DNA of 64,000 bases, from positions 1-64,000 of the forward strand of contig AP026172.1 of NCBI GenBank assembly GCA_030295235.1, given 5' to 3'. The notes beneath the pieces were generated by a model. It searched no databases, was not told the DNA's origin, and was given only the letters and a program-made list of their open reading frames with translations. This document shows positions 39,577 through 51,100 of this stretch, piece by piece. The position numbers were made by a program, and so were the translations under genes. Every line of letters begins with the position of its first letter. Position 1 is the stretch's first letter. The stretch is from Fistulifera solaris (taxonomy: Eukaryota).

Positions 39577-42173
39577 ATGAAATTCTTTCTCGAGCTCCTT
39601 CTTGCCCATAATACAGTTAATAACATGGGAGAAGTCGACATTTCCGGTAGTCCCAGTGCAAAGGCAACAGTTCGGTTAGGGACCGCCATAACGACACGAT
39701 CTTCTCCGAATGTATTGATCGACGATGCAACGCTCGACACGATATTCTGTCCAGTTGATGGTCTTTCGATTGCTTCCACTCTTGACGATGTATTCTGCTC
39801 AGCTTTAACGGATGATTCGATCGTCGATTCGCCCACGCAGCGACGGCGGAAGCAGCTTGGCGAAGTAAAAGCCCTCAGCAACGAGATCGACAATCTCTTG
39901 TTAAGAAAGACAATAATAGACTCGTTTCACCGAGAAGTGCAAGCCGGCGTTCTTCGAAAAACCTTTCAAAGCAACGCAAAACAGAGTTGAAGAGCAGCCC
40001 GCGGTATCCAAGCGCGTCGAAACAGTTAATCATCGAACAGGAGTCGTTAAAGTCGCCTCATACTCAAGATGAAATGATTAAGAGAAATTTACCTTTGAGA
40101 AGTGTTTCAAAGTCGCGAATACAGAATCTCGAAACAAATGACGAAGACCTAGGGAAAACAACGAAAAGACGAAGTTTCGTTTTACAAAGAAAAGGTGCCA
40201 GAGAGCTACAGAACGATATACTCGTCAACAACTCAGACCCAAAACGAAGTTCGTCACGAAAGTCAGCAAGTAGGAATCTTGAAATGCGGATCGAACGGTC
40301 GGTTAGTTCACATCGACGAGGGAGTTCCGAACCACGGATAAGGGATCTGAGGCAACAAAATAAAGATGACTTGGTCGAAGGTGGATGTCGGTCGTCACGA
40401 ACACGGAGTTTAGAAAGGAAGGTCGAACAGTTACGAAGCGTTCATAAGAGAGGTGATGCTGACCCTGCTGAGAAACTAAACAAGGACAAAAGTGAAGATA
40501 GGCCAATGACCCCCAAACGCTTCAAAAACATTCCCGGGCGAAGCAGCTCAGCGTCGGGGCTAGAGAGATTAACTGGGCAAACAAGAAGAGCGCTTAACAA
40601 ACGAAGTACCTCAGATTCTCGAATCTCACAGATCGATCATCACCACGAAATTTATGAAGTTAAGGAGGACGTAAAGAAGAAAGTGTCGTCTCAGACCATC
40701 CGTTCGATACGGCGGAAAGAACGCTTGCAAAGTCCGTCTGGACGCTCGCGGCAATCACTGAAGAGAAGGAATTCCAATTCACGGATTGAAATTACCGAGG
40801 ACAAACTTTTAAAGGGCATTAAAGAGTCTTCAGAGCGCGCAGCTAGATCCCCAAATCGAAATAGATTAAAAGCGAAAGTTGACAATGGAGTTACAAGATC
40901 CGAACCTACAAGAAGCTCACACAGACGAAGAACTTCAAAATCTCCTGTAAAAGATTCCTCTTTACAACCAAAGAACGACGCCAAAGAAAAATCGCAACGG
41001 ACACGCGGCTCACATTGTTCAAAAAGTTTCCATGGACATATCAAAGAATCAATAAAACAAGAAAGTGAGCGACGGAGCATTTCACAGGATAAAAGGGAAA
41101 AGTTAGAACGCCGCGGCTCAAAGTTAAGGATTGTTCATCACGACGGTACGGACAAAGGTGACAGTTCAAGGAGTTCTGACGCGCGAGACAGCTCGATGTC
41201 TACTAACCAAAATTTGAAGAGAGAAGGGCGCAAAGTGTCAACTAAAGACACAGTGGTCCGTTCCGAATCTTCGCCGCACACACCTTCATCGGACGTAAAT
41301 TATGTCAGCCCGAAGACATGGACTGTAAACAATTTCCAAACGGATAAAGTTTACCTAATACGGCCCTTTTGGCGAAAAAACAATCCAACAAAAGGGCGCA
41401 ACACCAATTTTGAGTTAGTGGCGTCACAAGCACTACAGCATCCCCCACAGACTTTTGAGGATGAACCAGAGAATCATAACCAACATCACGTTACAGAGTC
41501 TACCATGAAAAGGACGTCTTTTCCCATGCTGTACTCAAGCTTGCAACCGCTTTCCGGGGAAATTGTTGGGGACGCGAAACTCTTACAAAATGAGTTGGTT
41601 GTGACGCGAGAGTATTTCCCCACTTCCTTGGAAGCATTTGAAGCAGCAATAACGCCGAGAAAAGAGGAAAAATTGGCACTTCTACAAACTGACGAAATTG
41701 ATGAGCATCACACGCCTGCGTCTCCACGTAGGCAAATCAAGAGTTTAAGTCCGACGAGATTTTTCAAGAAGGCATCTAAACGATTGAGTAGCGCGGTGGC
41801 GCAATTATCTGGACGCGTGTTCCCAGCAGGTACAAGCGATTCGTCGAGTCGAAAAGAAACATACCAAGAGGCGTCTGTCGCTCAGAACAAGGTAGATGTA
41901 GTCCGACAGGAAGCTCCTCGTGAGTCTGCTGTCCAACCTAAAAAATCTTATGGAAATCTTGCTCAAGACATGTACGGCAATGCCAAAGAAGACAGCGCTA
42001 AGGAGGACCCGATCACGTCGAAAGAGGGTGAAGGAAGAACCAACGCAAAGCAATCAACACTTTCACGGACCAGGGCCCGCAGTAGATCGGCGGGTCGTTT
42101 GCAGCTAGAAAATGATAATGCAAGGGCTTCCATTAAACGGACGAACAACGGCAAAAGTGTGCCCCCGCATTAG
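39577..42173 (+). CDS. Large Ser/Arg/Lys-rich low-complexity protein
   Basis: 728-aa open frame 39987-42173, probably joined to upstream MKFFLELLL...VLIDDA ORF by a frameshift. Confidence 0.6.
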
Positions 42174-43883
42174 CTTCAAAATCCTTCCGTGACCTCGACT
42201 TATAGTGTCGAGCTTCTTTTTAGATGACATATGGGTCTGATGCAGGATCAAACCTTACATTACTAGAAGGCGGCCACCATATTCTGGAAGTCAGCTGGTG
42301 CGCTGCTCTTTGTTTTCCTCCTTCACTGATTAAGAAGAAGAATGTAAAATGATTGATTATAAACAAAAACACGTGGAGCATGGTGTTTTGAAAATTTGTT
42401 TATGGGACTTGCCACAGAGCGATTTTGTTCTAAAGGTTACAAAAAAGGCTACCGTCGCACGGGCTTGATCTGTTTTATTTATTTTACATAAGGCTCTCAT
42501 CACGAAAACTCATTAGCTATAAACATCTCCCAACTATGATTTTAAAACAGATGTTTAGAAAAGCCAACGAAATAAACTTGTTGAATGAATCGATTGTGCC
42601 GTGGACTCTCTCGCCATGATTCTGCTCTTTCATTATCAAACCGGCTTCCTACATGAAATGTAAGCGTCTGCATCGCACAGTTTGTGAGAGCGGTCAGCAA
42701 CCTGTTCCATTGCGATTGTGTGAAACAAGCCATCACATCCGTTCCCAACTCGAAATGTTTTAGGTGCGGGTAACCTGGCATCCACTTCAGGAGAGCCGAC
42801 GTAACCGAAATCATTAATGTTTTGTTTCCTTGTAAAATCTAATACGTCTGACAATACTGCTGCTGGGTGTAAAGCAACAACGAACCCGCCACTAATTCGA
42901 AGAGAGATCACATGACAATCTGATAGCGTTTTGCATGAATCATGTACGGAACCGGTAAATTGTTTGAATGAAAAGTGCAGATTCGATCGAATGAATCAGT
43001 CGACAACAATGTGTGTTAACGAAGTAAAGAAGTCGTTTGAAGTATGTCATCGAAACTTAAAGATGTGTTCGATTCGTAGATATACCAAAAAGTGTTGTTT
43101 GTTGTGCCAAGCTGTTTAGGAAAATGCTTTCAGCCTGGCGATTGGGAAAAGCCGTACCAGTACGTCTATGGAATACAAAGACGGTCGTAGACCTGGCCCA
43201 GATTGAGAACGACTCTGTTGATTGCTTTCCCGCTGTGGACTGTCTGATAGCGAGAGAGTCTTTTCATCTACACCATCTTTTTGACCTCGTTGCTCAACGG
43301 TCGCTCCTTTCTTTGGGTTCTTTTCTTTTTTTTCTTTTGACGACTCCTCTAAAGGAGTATGTGTAATATACTCCTTTGCATATACTCCTTTGACTCCTCT
43401 GTCCTCTGTGATTGTTGTGGTTTGTGGTCGAAAATCGACTGTCGCAGCTTTAGGTCTGTTATGTCACTTATAAGATCCTTTCTAATGGCAGCTCGGGACT
43501 GGACGCAACGGCTTTTCTCTTTTTCAAACCCGTACCAGGTACTTTGTGTATAAACGAAAAAGGTCATCCGCTTCTCCGGTTCTCCACAAATTTCGGCGAA
43601 CGCGACGAGAAAACAACTTTTCTGGGACAATTCGAGAACAGAAGTTGACAGTTGACCATAAAGTCCGTGTCACGAGACAAGAGCTGGATGGCTGCTTTCG
43701 GTCTTCTGTCTTTCCGTCGTTATTATCTCACCCAATGCATACTGCAACCGGAGTGTCAGATTTTTACGTTTTCATCGGAACACACAGTAAAGTAAGTAGT
43801 TTTCGTGTCGACACAGCAATAAAAACGAAAAAAGAAGGATGTTACTAAGCTTTTAAGATGGAATGGCAATAATCACTACAGCA

Positions 43884-46797
43884 ATGTCTTCTTCGAACGG
43901 ATCAAAAATGTGAAGCAAGAGGAGCAGATCCGCCGGGAAGATCGAAAAAAGCCAATCATAACAGCGGAAATACTGACGAAGCTTCTCCTGTTGAATTACC
44001 AAACAATGAGTTTTTCTCAGAGCGGCGTTCCAAGAGTCGAGGACGCTCCTTGGGGCGATCTACCAGTAGCAGGGGATTGCATAGAGCAACTAGCAGTCGC
44101 TCCCTTGCCAAATCTCAGCGTAGCGAGTCTCTGGCAGCGTCTAAGGATAAACATAGGAGTGAAGGTAACGAAAGATCAAAGAGCTTAGGAAGAGGAGAAA
44201 GAGGAAGATCGAAGAGCCGAGGAAAAAAGAAGGCCGCGACAGAAGACGGCAGATCAAAAAGTCGAAGACGGAAATCAGAACGCGGCGAAAGGTCTAAAAG
44301 CCGCGGAAGATTACAGCAGAAAGGGTTTCAAGAAACGATAACGTCCCCTCATCCTGACGGAAATGGAGATCAGCTACCAAAAAGAGATCGCACTCAGAAG
44401 ATAGAGGTGTCATCATCTAAAGCGGCACAGTCACCGCGTCCATCGATTTTAGAAAAGGCTCCGAGAACCCAGTCTGGTTCGAATCGTAGCACATCTCCAT
44501 CCATACAAAAACTCGATGCGCCTTTTATTCCACCAATTCGAAATGTTGAGCCAATTCCAACGTTATCAAAAGAAGCTGTTAACAAGTTACCGGCCGAAGC
44601 AAGCATTTCCTCTAAACCAGCTGCCGTGAATCGAGGTGTAAGGCGGAGTACCTCGGCACATGCCGACATGAAGACGGCAATAAGGTCCCCAAAGCGATCT
44701 CAGTCGACCGATGAGATCAAGATATCTCAAAGAAAAAAAGCTGCCAACGCCCCCTTTTTTCTGAAAGGGAACTCACCCCAGATGTACAAGTCAAAACGTT
44801 GCCAAGACAACGTCTTAGCAATTCAAATGCTTTTGACAGAGTAAGTCTTCTGAAAGACTTTCAGTCGACGGATGATAATCCTTTTCACCAAAGCAAGCGA
44901 TCGATAAGGCTGAGTATAATACCGTCACATATACCCAATCCACAAAAGTTGCAGTGAAGAGTTATTCTGATCTAACGAAGTCCAGTTATCAAACGCGACA
45001 TTCGCCGAAGACCAATACGCAAACCTTGGTGGCATCCAGCGTCGTTGTTTGTAACTGTTTCGGAAGGTCGTATGTTGGTCCCTATGCAGCGCAACATTCT
45101 TGGTTTCAAAACTTACTCTCATCCTTACATTGAGGTATACGTTGACGGGAAACTGCTTGGTAAAACAAAACATGCTTACCGAACCGTCAATCCTGCATGG
45201 AAGAGCGGCAACTCATTCTCTACTCATTATGACGCTATAACTGCCAAAGAAAAGGCTTCTCGCAGCGAAAGAATAGAATTACATGTTCATCATCTTGGAA
45301 AGGGCGGTGTTGCTGCATTTATGGGAGCTGTTCGCATTCCCCTCTTAACACCACGGTCGAGCAGAGTGGTACCCTGTGCAACAACGTTCTGCTCTGGATA
45401 GTGGATTGTATTGCATTAATGCCTCGGGAGAGCTGCAAGTGCAAGTGAATTTTACTGCGCATTCTTATCCAGAATTGAAGCCTGGTCACGAGTTACTGAT
45501 CTCTGGGAATGCTGAGATATCACTCAATCTATCTTGGTCCAGTGATTCTTCCCTTGAAACGAGCTGCGTCGCCCTTGACGGAAAGAATGGACCGCGTACT
45601 TTGGAAAGAATCGCGTTTACTTTGCAAATCGGATTAATATGAGTAAATCTGTTGCACGACCGGAGGTGCAAGATCACAAGGATATGGCGACACGAGATTC
45701 GTTGTTATTTGATTTTGGAATGGTGCCGGGAGAATGTTGCAGCTTTTTTTGTTGTTTTGACGATTCGCGACAAATCATTCACGCTGTCTGACTTACAATC
45801 CTTTCAGCTTTCTGTCAGGAATGAGTCGACACGCTGGAGGAATAGGGCACATATCGGTCAATTTAAGCTTCTAAGGAAACATCAGCTATTTTGTTGCGCA
45901 TCACTCGTTCGACTCTGGGGACAAGCAGCACGTGGAAAATTGCAACAATAATCAAAGGATATAAAGTATTTCGCGAGTTTGGAAGCCTTTTACCCCAACT
46001 TCAAGAGCTCTCGGGTGATATTCTGCCAAATATAGGAACCCCTACTGGACGAACAGCATTAATGCGATGTGGCGATAGCCTTCAACTTTTGGATTACGTA
46101 CCGGATCATCTACCAAGCAAATTGGTGACTGGCTTCTTCTGGAAGGTCAAAAACAGGGAACCATTAAAAGTCGCAGTATCTCTCCCTCGACGAAGAGTTG
46201 CGGAGGTAGACGCAATTCATAGGACACAACCAGGGTCACTCACGAGCCAAGGTGTTCTATACTCCGGAGGAAACGAAGAATCACGAGAAGTTCGAGGTAG
46301 CCTTTGCCCAACTATCATCAGATGTACATTACATCTGCTTTGTGTTAGGTCCTTGTAGCCGTCAGAAAGTTGATGATATCGAAAACGTGGCTTGTCATAT
46401 TGTAAACTCCGGCTTTGGGGGCTGAGTTAGCGCGATGTACATTGTCAAGCTTCGAAAGCGTTCCCACAAAATCAATCGGCCTAGGATGCTTCTACAAGAC
46501 GGAAAAGGATGGAGCTTTACCATTCTCGGTTTATGTTCCACTGATACTACCTTTGCGGGACGTCTGAGCGAGCTTCGCAATCACATATTCGAAAATCCCC
46601 TGGAACCCGCCGTCTCACTACCTCACCCTCGACTTCTAAAAAGCGTTATGCCGCCAGCCATTCCACTGCCACCGCCAAGACAACTAGTGTTTTCGGACAT
46701 CGTGGAAGCACATCACAAATTCAACCACGGACAAAATGTATCTACCTCTACTCTACTTACAGTACGCAGACAATCAGAGAAACAATATAAGATCTAG
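43884..46797 (+). pseudogene. C2-TerD-TerD paralogue E, heavily disrupted
   Basis: RSKSR-rich N-terminus; C2 LFVTVSEGRMLVPMQRNILG...SHPYIEVYVDGKLLGKTKHAYRTVNPAW; LNLSW...LETSCVALD; VFREFGSLLP, RTALMRCGDSLQLLDY; many frameshifts and stops. Confidence 0.65.
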
Positions 46798-47246
46798 AAA
46801 GTCTAACAATATTTTGCTGTTTCCGTTGGATAGAAAATCACTTTCTGATGCTGCTTGGCTGCTTGAGATCCACGAAGACATCGACCGACTTACAAATCCA
46901 TAATCTAGGTACCTGGTAAGAGGAAGGTTGCCTTTAGGCACAGGGGCTATACAGATCTAATCTATTTGAAACATAAGCCAATGCGTGAACAAGAGCAAAG
47001 TACAAGGAAAAAGTAAAGTCTCTCGAGCTAGACTCTTTTTACTCTCCAGACTTTCGGTTGATGAGAGAGTTTAGGTTCTTCGGAGAAGAACCGTTTCTGC
47101 AACGCACACACAAGGAGACTCGGAATTTCATTCTTGCATGACACATGATACTTTGCATCATTCACCATGTTTTCAGCACTATAGAATAAAGTCTGCAGTC
47201 CCTAGCACAAAGAACACTTCAATTGATGTGTGAAATTTTCGGCAGT

Positions 47247-47262
47247 TGTGTGTGTGTGTGTG
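47247..47262. repeat. (TG)8 microsatellite
   Basis: Direct read of the sequence. Confidence 0.9.
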
Positions 47263-47906
47263 ATGTGTTGTGTTTTGATTTCACATTTTGCAAAGGGAAA
47301 ACAGGTGATTGTAAGAGTAAGAGCGGACTGCGGCGAAGATGTCGAAGGTCGAAGGTGGAATGTCGAATAGACGTTCAAATTAAACGGAGCTAATGGTTAC
47401 TGGAATCGGTACATCATAGCCCATAGTTCTAGAGGTTCAGATTTGATTAGAAGGAGAATGCAGAACCGAAACAGCCGGATGTTTCGATTGTTCTATTTGT
47501 GGTAGAAAACAAGAAAGGTTTCCTTTTTATGTTTTCCGAATTGGGAGATGAACCTGACGTCAGGTTGAACTTCTCCTTGTGTGTAGAAGAAAAATGCTAA
47601 CATTGAACACGTCGGCCTTTTTTTTCAAGGGCGTGGATCGACGCAGTTTCTCTTTCTGGTCGCTGATTTTCACTTGAGAACTTCTGGCGTGAATGACCAA
47701 GTGCCGCAAGCTGTTTAGCCTGTTGCGAAGTACGTAACCTTTGTCGTAGCTGGTAACCTGAGAAAGGAAAAAGAGGGAAACGAAAATACACGAAGCAACT
47801 CCACGACTTCGTAATTCGAGTTGAGCACTTGTACCCGACAACAAAAGGCAAAAACAGGTAATCGAGAAAGCTCGAAACTCTTTTGTTACAGTAACAATAT
47901 GAATAG

Positions 47907-49072
47907 GCAAAGGTAAAAGGAAAGTTCAAAAGCGAAAACAGTTCTTCCACTCTCAAGAACTGTTTCCCTTCGAAACTACACTACATCCTCAACGAGATGG
48001 AGAAAGACGGACTCGAACACATTATGAGCTGGCAATCGAGTGGTCGGTCATTCAAAATTCACAATCAACAGCTCCTTGAAAAGGAGGTTCTTCGGATGTA
48101 AGTGTACGGAAAAATTACTTCTTCAATCAGCAAAAAAAAACCGGAATAGCCAAGCAGTATTGAACAGGGAATCTATCGCAAACTAACATCTCCTTTCTTT
48201 GCTCATTTTAGGTACTTTACCCAAACCAAATATGCGTCATTCCAAAGGTACAGCCAAGCCTCGATTTTGTTTATGCTCTTTTCACTGTACCTAGCTAACC
48301 AATTTTAAAGACAGCTGAATATATACGGTTTCGTTCGAATCGGCTCTGGTACGTGAATAAACTTTCAACCTGTGCTTGCCTGCTGTTTCTCTACCAGTTC
48401 TTTGCCAACCGATGCGTTTCACTATTTCTGTCAGGTGCCGATAAGGGTGGCTATTACCATAGTATGTTCCTCAAAGACCGCCCTGAGCTCGCGAGTCAAA
48501 TCCCACGCGAAAAAGTAACCAAAACTGGCGCCAAGTCTCAAGTATCAAGGGCACCGGTCGCAGGTGTACAAGGTTCGAACGAGGGACGAGAAACAGCACA
48601 AGTTGTGTCTCAATCGTTCCCCATTTTGGGAAGCCCATCATTCGTCGCTTCCAATCTCCCCCCGATGAGTCGAACACACGTAGCGTCTCCTCCACCCATT
48701 CCGAACGCAATTGGCAATCTGGGTTTGCTGTCTTCGCTAGTCTTGTCTCCTACCACAACTACGGCGCTCTCCGACTTATGCGCAACTCAAATCGGCCAAG
48801 AGCTACTCTCGTTGCTTTCGCAACCCGCGCCACAGTTTTCGCAGCTGCCCAATGCAGCGATACCGTCCGTCAATCGAATACCTGTTGGGCTATTGCAATT
48901 TTCGTCTCCGGAGATTTCCGCTCTGTTGGAGCTATTACTGCGCAGTGAAGGTACTGGTACCAATATCAACGAGAACTCCATTCTCTCTGTCACAGAAGCA
49001 CACTTTCGGAGTCTGTTGAGCAATAATAATTCGCAATGGCCCCATCCTCGGCAACCCGGTGACCGTCCTTAA
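47907..49072 (+). CDS. Heat-shock-factor (HSF) type transcription factor; 5' exon(s) not resolved
   Basis: Spliced DNA-binding domain FPSKLHYIL...IMSWQSSGRSFKIH...YFTQTKYASFQRQLNIYGF...GGYYHSMFLKDRP; GT-AG introns 48098-48211, 48248-48310, 48349-48434. Confidence 0.9.
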
Positions 49073-49702
49073 GCCAAGGTTTTCCCATTTCAGGGGGGGA
49101 AGGGGGGAATGTCGTGAAATGACAACTGGTTTGATTTGTTTTGATTGTATTTGAATTCATTCATTTTAAAGATGTGGCACTTTTGGTAATAATAATTCTG
49201 CTTGAACAGAGCTCAGCCAAAACAAATTGTTTGTACGTATTGGAAAAGTAAGGAGATAGAGACCTGAAAGTAGAGACTCGGGATGAGCCTTTCGTTGTTG
49301 ATTATGTTGCGATGATTGATGTTGTCTTCTGTTGCCTCAATCGTCGGCACTATTTGACCTTCACGAAATGTGGTAAAATACCCCTTTAACTACTCCGTAC
49401 TAAGTACAAGTACAGAATACAGAATACAGAATGAATCATCGAGTGCCTACCTGGTACTACGTACTGGTACCTATACCGTACCTGATATACAAACGTTAGT
49501 AATTAGTGCCGACAATATTTAATCGCAATGAAACGGCTTTTCTCAGTAAGAAGCGTTATCTGTTCTGAAAAAGCTGCTGAGAAGTTAAAAACAAGTTACG
49601 CGGAGTACTCCGTAATAACAATGTAATACAAACAAGACTTGGACATGTTTGACCGACAAGCGGTGGTTAGGTACCGTACCACGTACCAGGTGCCAGGTAG
49701 CA

Positions 49703-49783
49703 GGGAACGGCGTTAAAATTCTGCCTCGTCGTAGACGCTACGTAGAATCTTGTACTGGGAGGCAGAATTTTAACGTCCTTCCC
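49703..49783 (+). mobile_element. About 80-bp MITE-like hairpin element, copy 3
   Basis: GGGAACGGCGTTAAAATTCTGCCTC ... GAGGCAGAATTTTAACGTCCTTCCC. Confidence 0.8.
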
Positions 49784-49975
49784 AGTTCGGTTTCGGAAAT
49801 AACTGGATTAATGACTAAAACTCAGTCGTGGTGAAGTACTGAGAACTTTTTATCTCTAGCCTTACCAGGTAGTGTGATGACGGGTGACGTTTTACGAGCG
49901 AAATTTTCCTTGACGTACAAAGGGAAGCAATTTCGTGGTCTTTTACAAGCACAATGATAACTGCCTTCCCTTATC

Positions 49976-51100
49976 ATGGCTCTATCTTTATCAGAAGCAG
50001 TTGAACGATGGAAGGAGAGAAGGGAAAAGGACGGTTCGCACGTTTTTGACGTAATGGCGGTAGTGACTTACCGTCGCGACGAGTCGTCGTCGTTGATCAA
50101 CACAAGGAATGGTCGATATCGTCGAATGGGTTTAGCAGATCCAAAAGCACGTGCATTTCTTCGGATTTCCGCTTCAGTCAACTTTGCTAGCTTGCCTACA
50201 GAGGGAAGCATAATCATTTTATTTGGGGTTACTGTAAAGACTGAGGCGCACGGAACTGAGTTGCGGCAAGACGAAAGAACGCACGAAGGCCCTTTATGGC
50301 TAATAATGCTTTCACACAATGCCACTGGCGAACAGCGACAGGAAAATCAACAAGCTGCAGCTTTATGGCTGTGGTGGCAGCAACAGAATGACAATGCGTT
50401 ATCGGAACCAAAATGCGTCCATCGAACGCTTGGCGAAATGGCGCTGACGGCGGGCATGAAAGGAAACATTGTCGCTCATGTGTGTCAAGTTCAAGTTTGC
50501 CACCCCCAAGGCTTGAACAAACGAAGATTCGGTCGCACGCAAACACCGCATGTCATTGCTTTACTGACAGACGCAGCGCGCAAGACATTCGCATCATTTC
50601 TCGATAAAACAGGAACATTACTCCAAAAACTGCAACGCGCACATCAAACTAAGGAGCTCATTCACATAACCTCGTTGCAATCAACAACGAGCAATGGAGA
50701 AGAGGTTGTATTGGTCGCAACACACGACACACAGATTTATACCGTCGCGACGACGAAATTGCAGTATTCGTTCAGTCCGGAATCGCAGGCTTTCTTATCG
50801 CAAATGCCTTGCTCTCCACCGACCGACGTACGCAGCATCATCTCGCCCTTGTATCGTATCAATAAAAGTCGAACGGTTCCGCATCTTGCTCCGGGACGTG
50901 GGGCTATTTTGGAAATTGAAGGAGAATCGGTTATGGCGAGTTATTCTACTGTGTTTGAGGTACTCTCGTGTGGCGGTGACTTACTCCTATTGCAAGCCTT
51001 AATCGATGAAGCGATTCCATTACGGTGGACGATTCTTTACAACGGCGTTGTATCGCAGGTATCACTGGTCGGCTTCCCATTGAATGTCGAAGATACTTAG
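49976..51100 (+). CDS. Hypothetical protein with probable tandem OB folds (POT1-like)
   Basis: Intact 374-aa ORF; FDVMAVV...GLADP...LPTEGSIIILFGVTV and HRTLGEM...GNIVAHV...LLTD patterns resemble consecutive OB folds. Confidence 0.5.
   Translation: MALSLSEAVERWKERREKDGSHVFDVMAVVTYRRDESSSLINTRNGRYRRMGLADPKARAFLRISASVNFASLPTEGSIIILFGVTVKTEAHGTELRQDERTHEGPLWLIMLSHNATGEQRQENQQAAALWLWWQQQNDNALSEPKCVHRTLGEMALTAGMKGNIVAHVCQVQVCHPQGLNKRRFGRTQTPHVIALLTDAARKTFASFLDKTGTLLQKLQRAHQTKELIHITSLQSTTSNGEEVVLVATHDTQIYTVATTKLQYSFSPESQAFLSQMPCSPPTDVRSIISPLYRINKSRTVPHLAPGRGAILEIEGESVMASYSTVFEVLSCGGDLLLLQALIDEAIPLRWTILYNGVVSQVSLVGFPLNVEDT

Noticed and set aside
42542..43630. Short minus-strand ORFs and a small AAAGGAGTAT hairpin near 43351-43392
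   Set aside because: No recognisable domain and multiple stops; may be a decayed gene but cannot be supported
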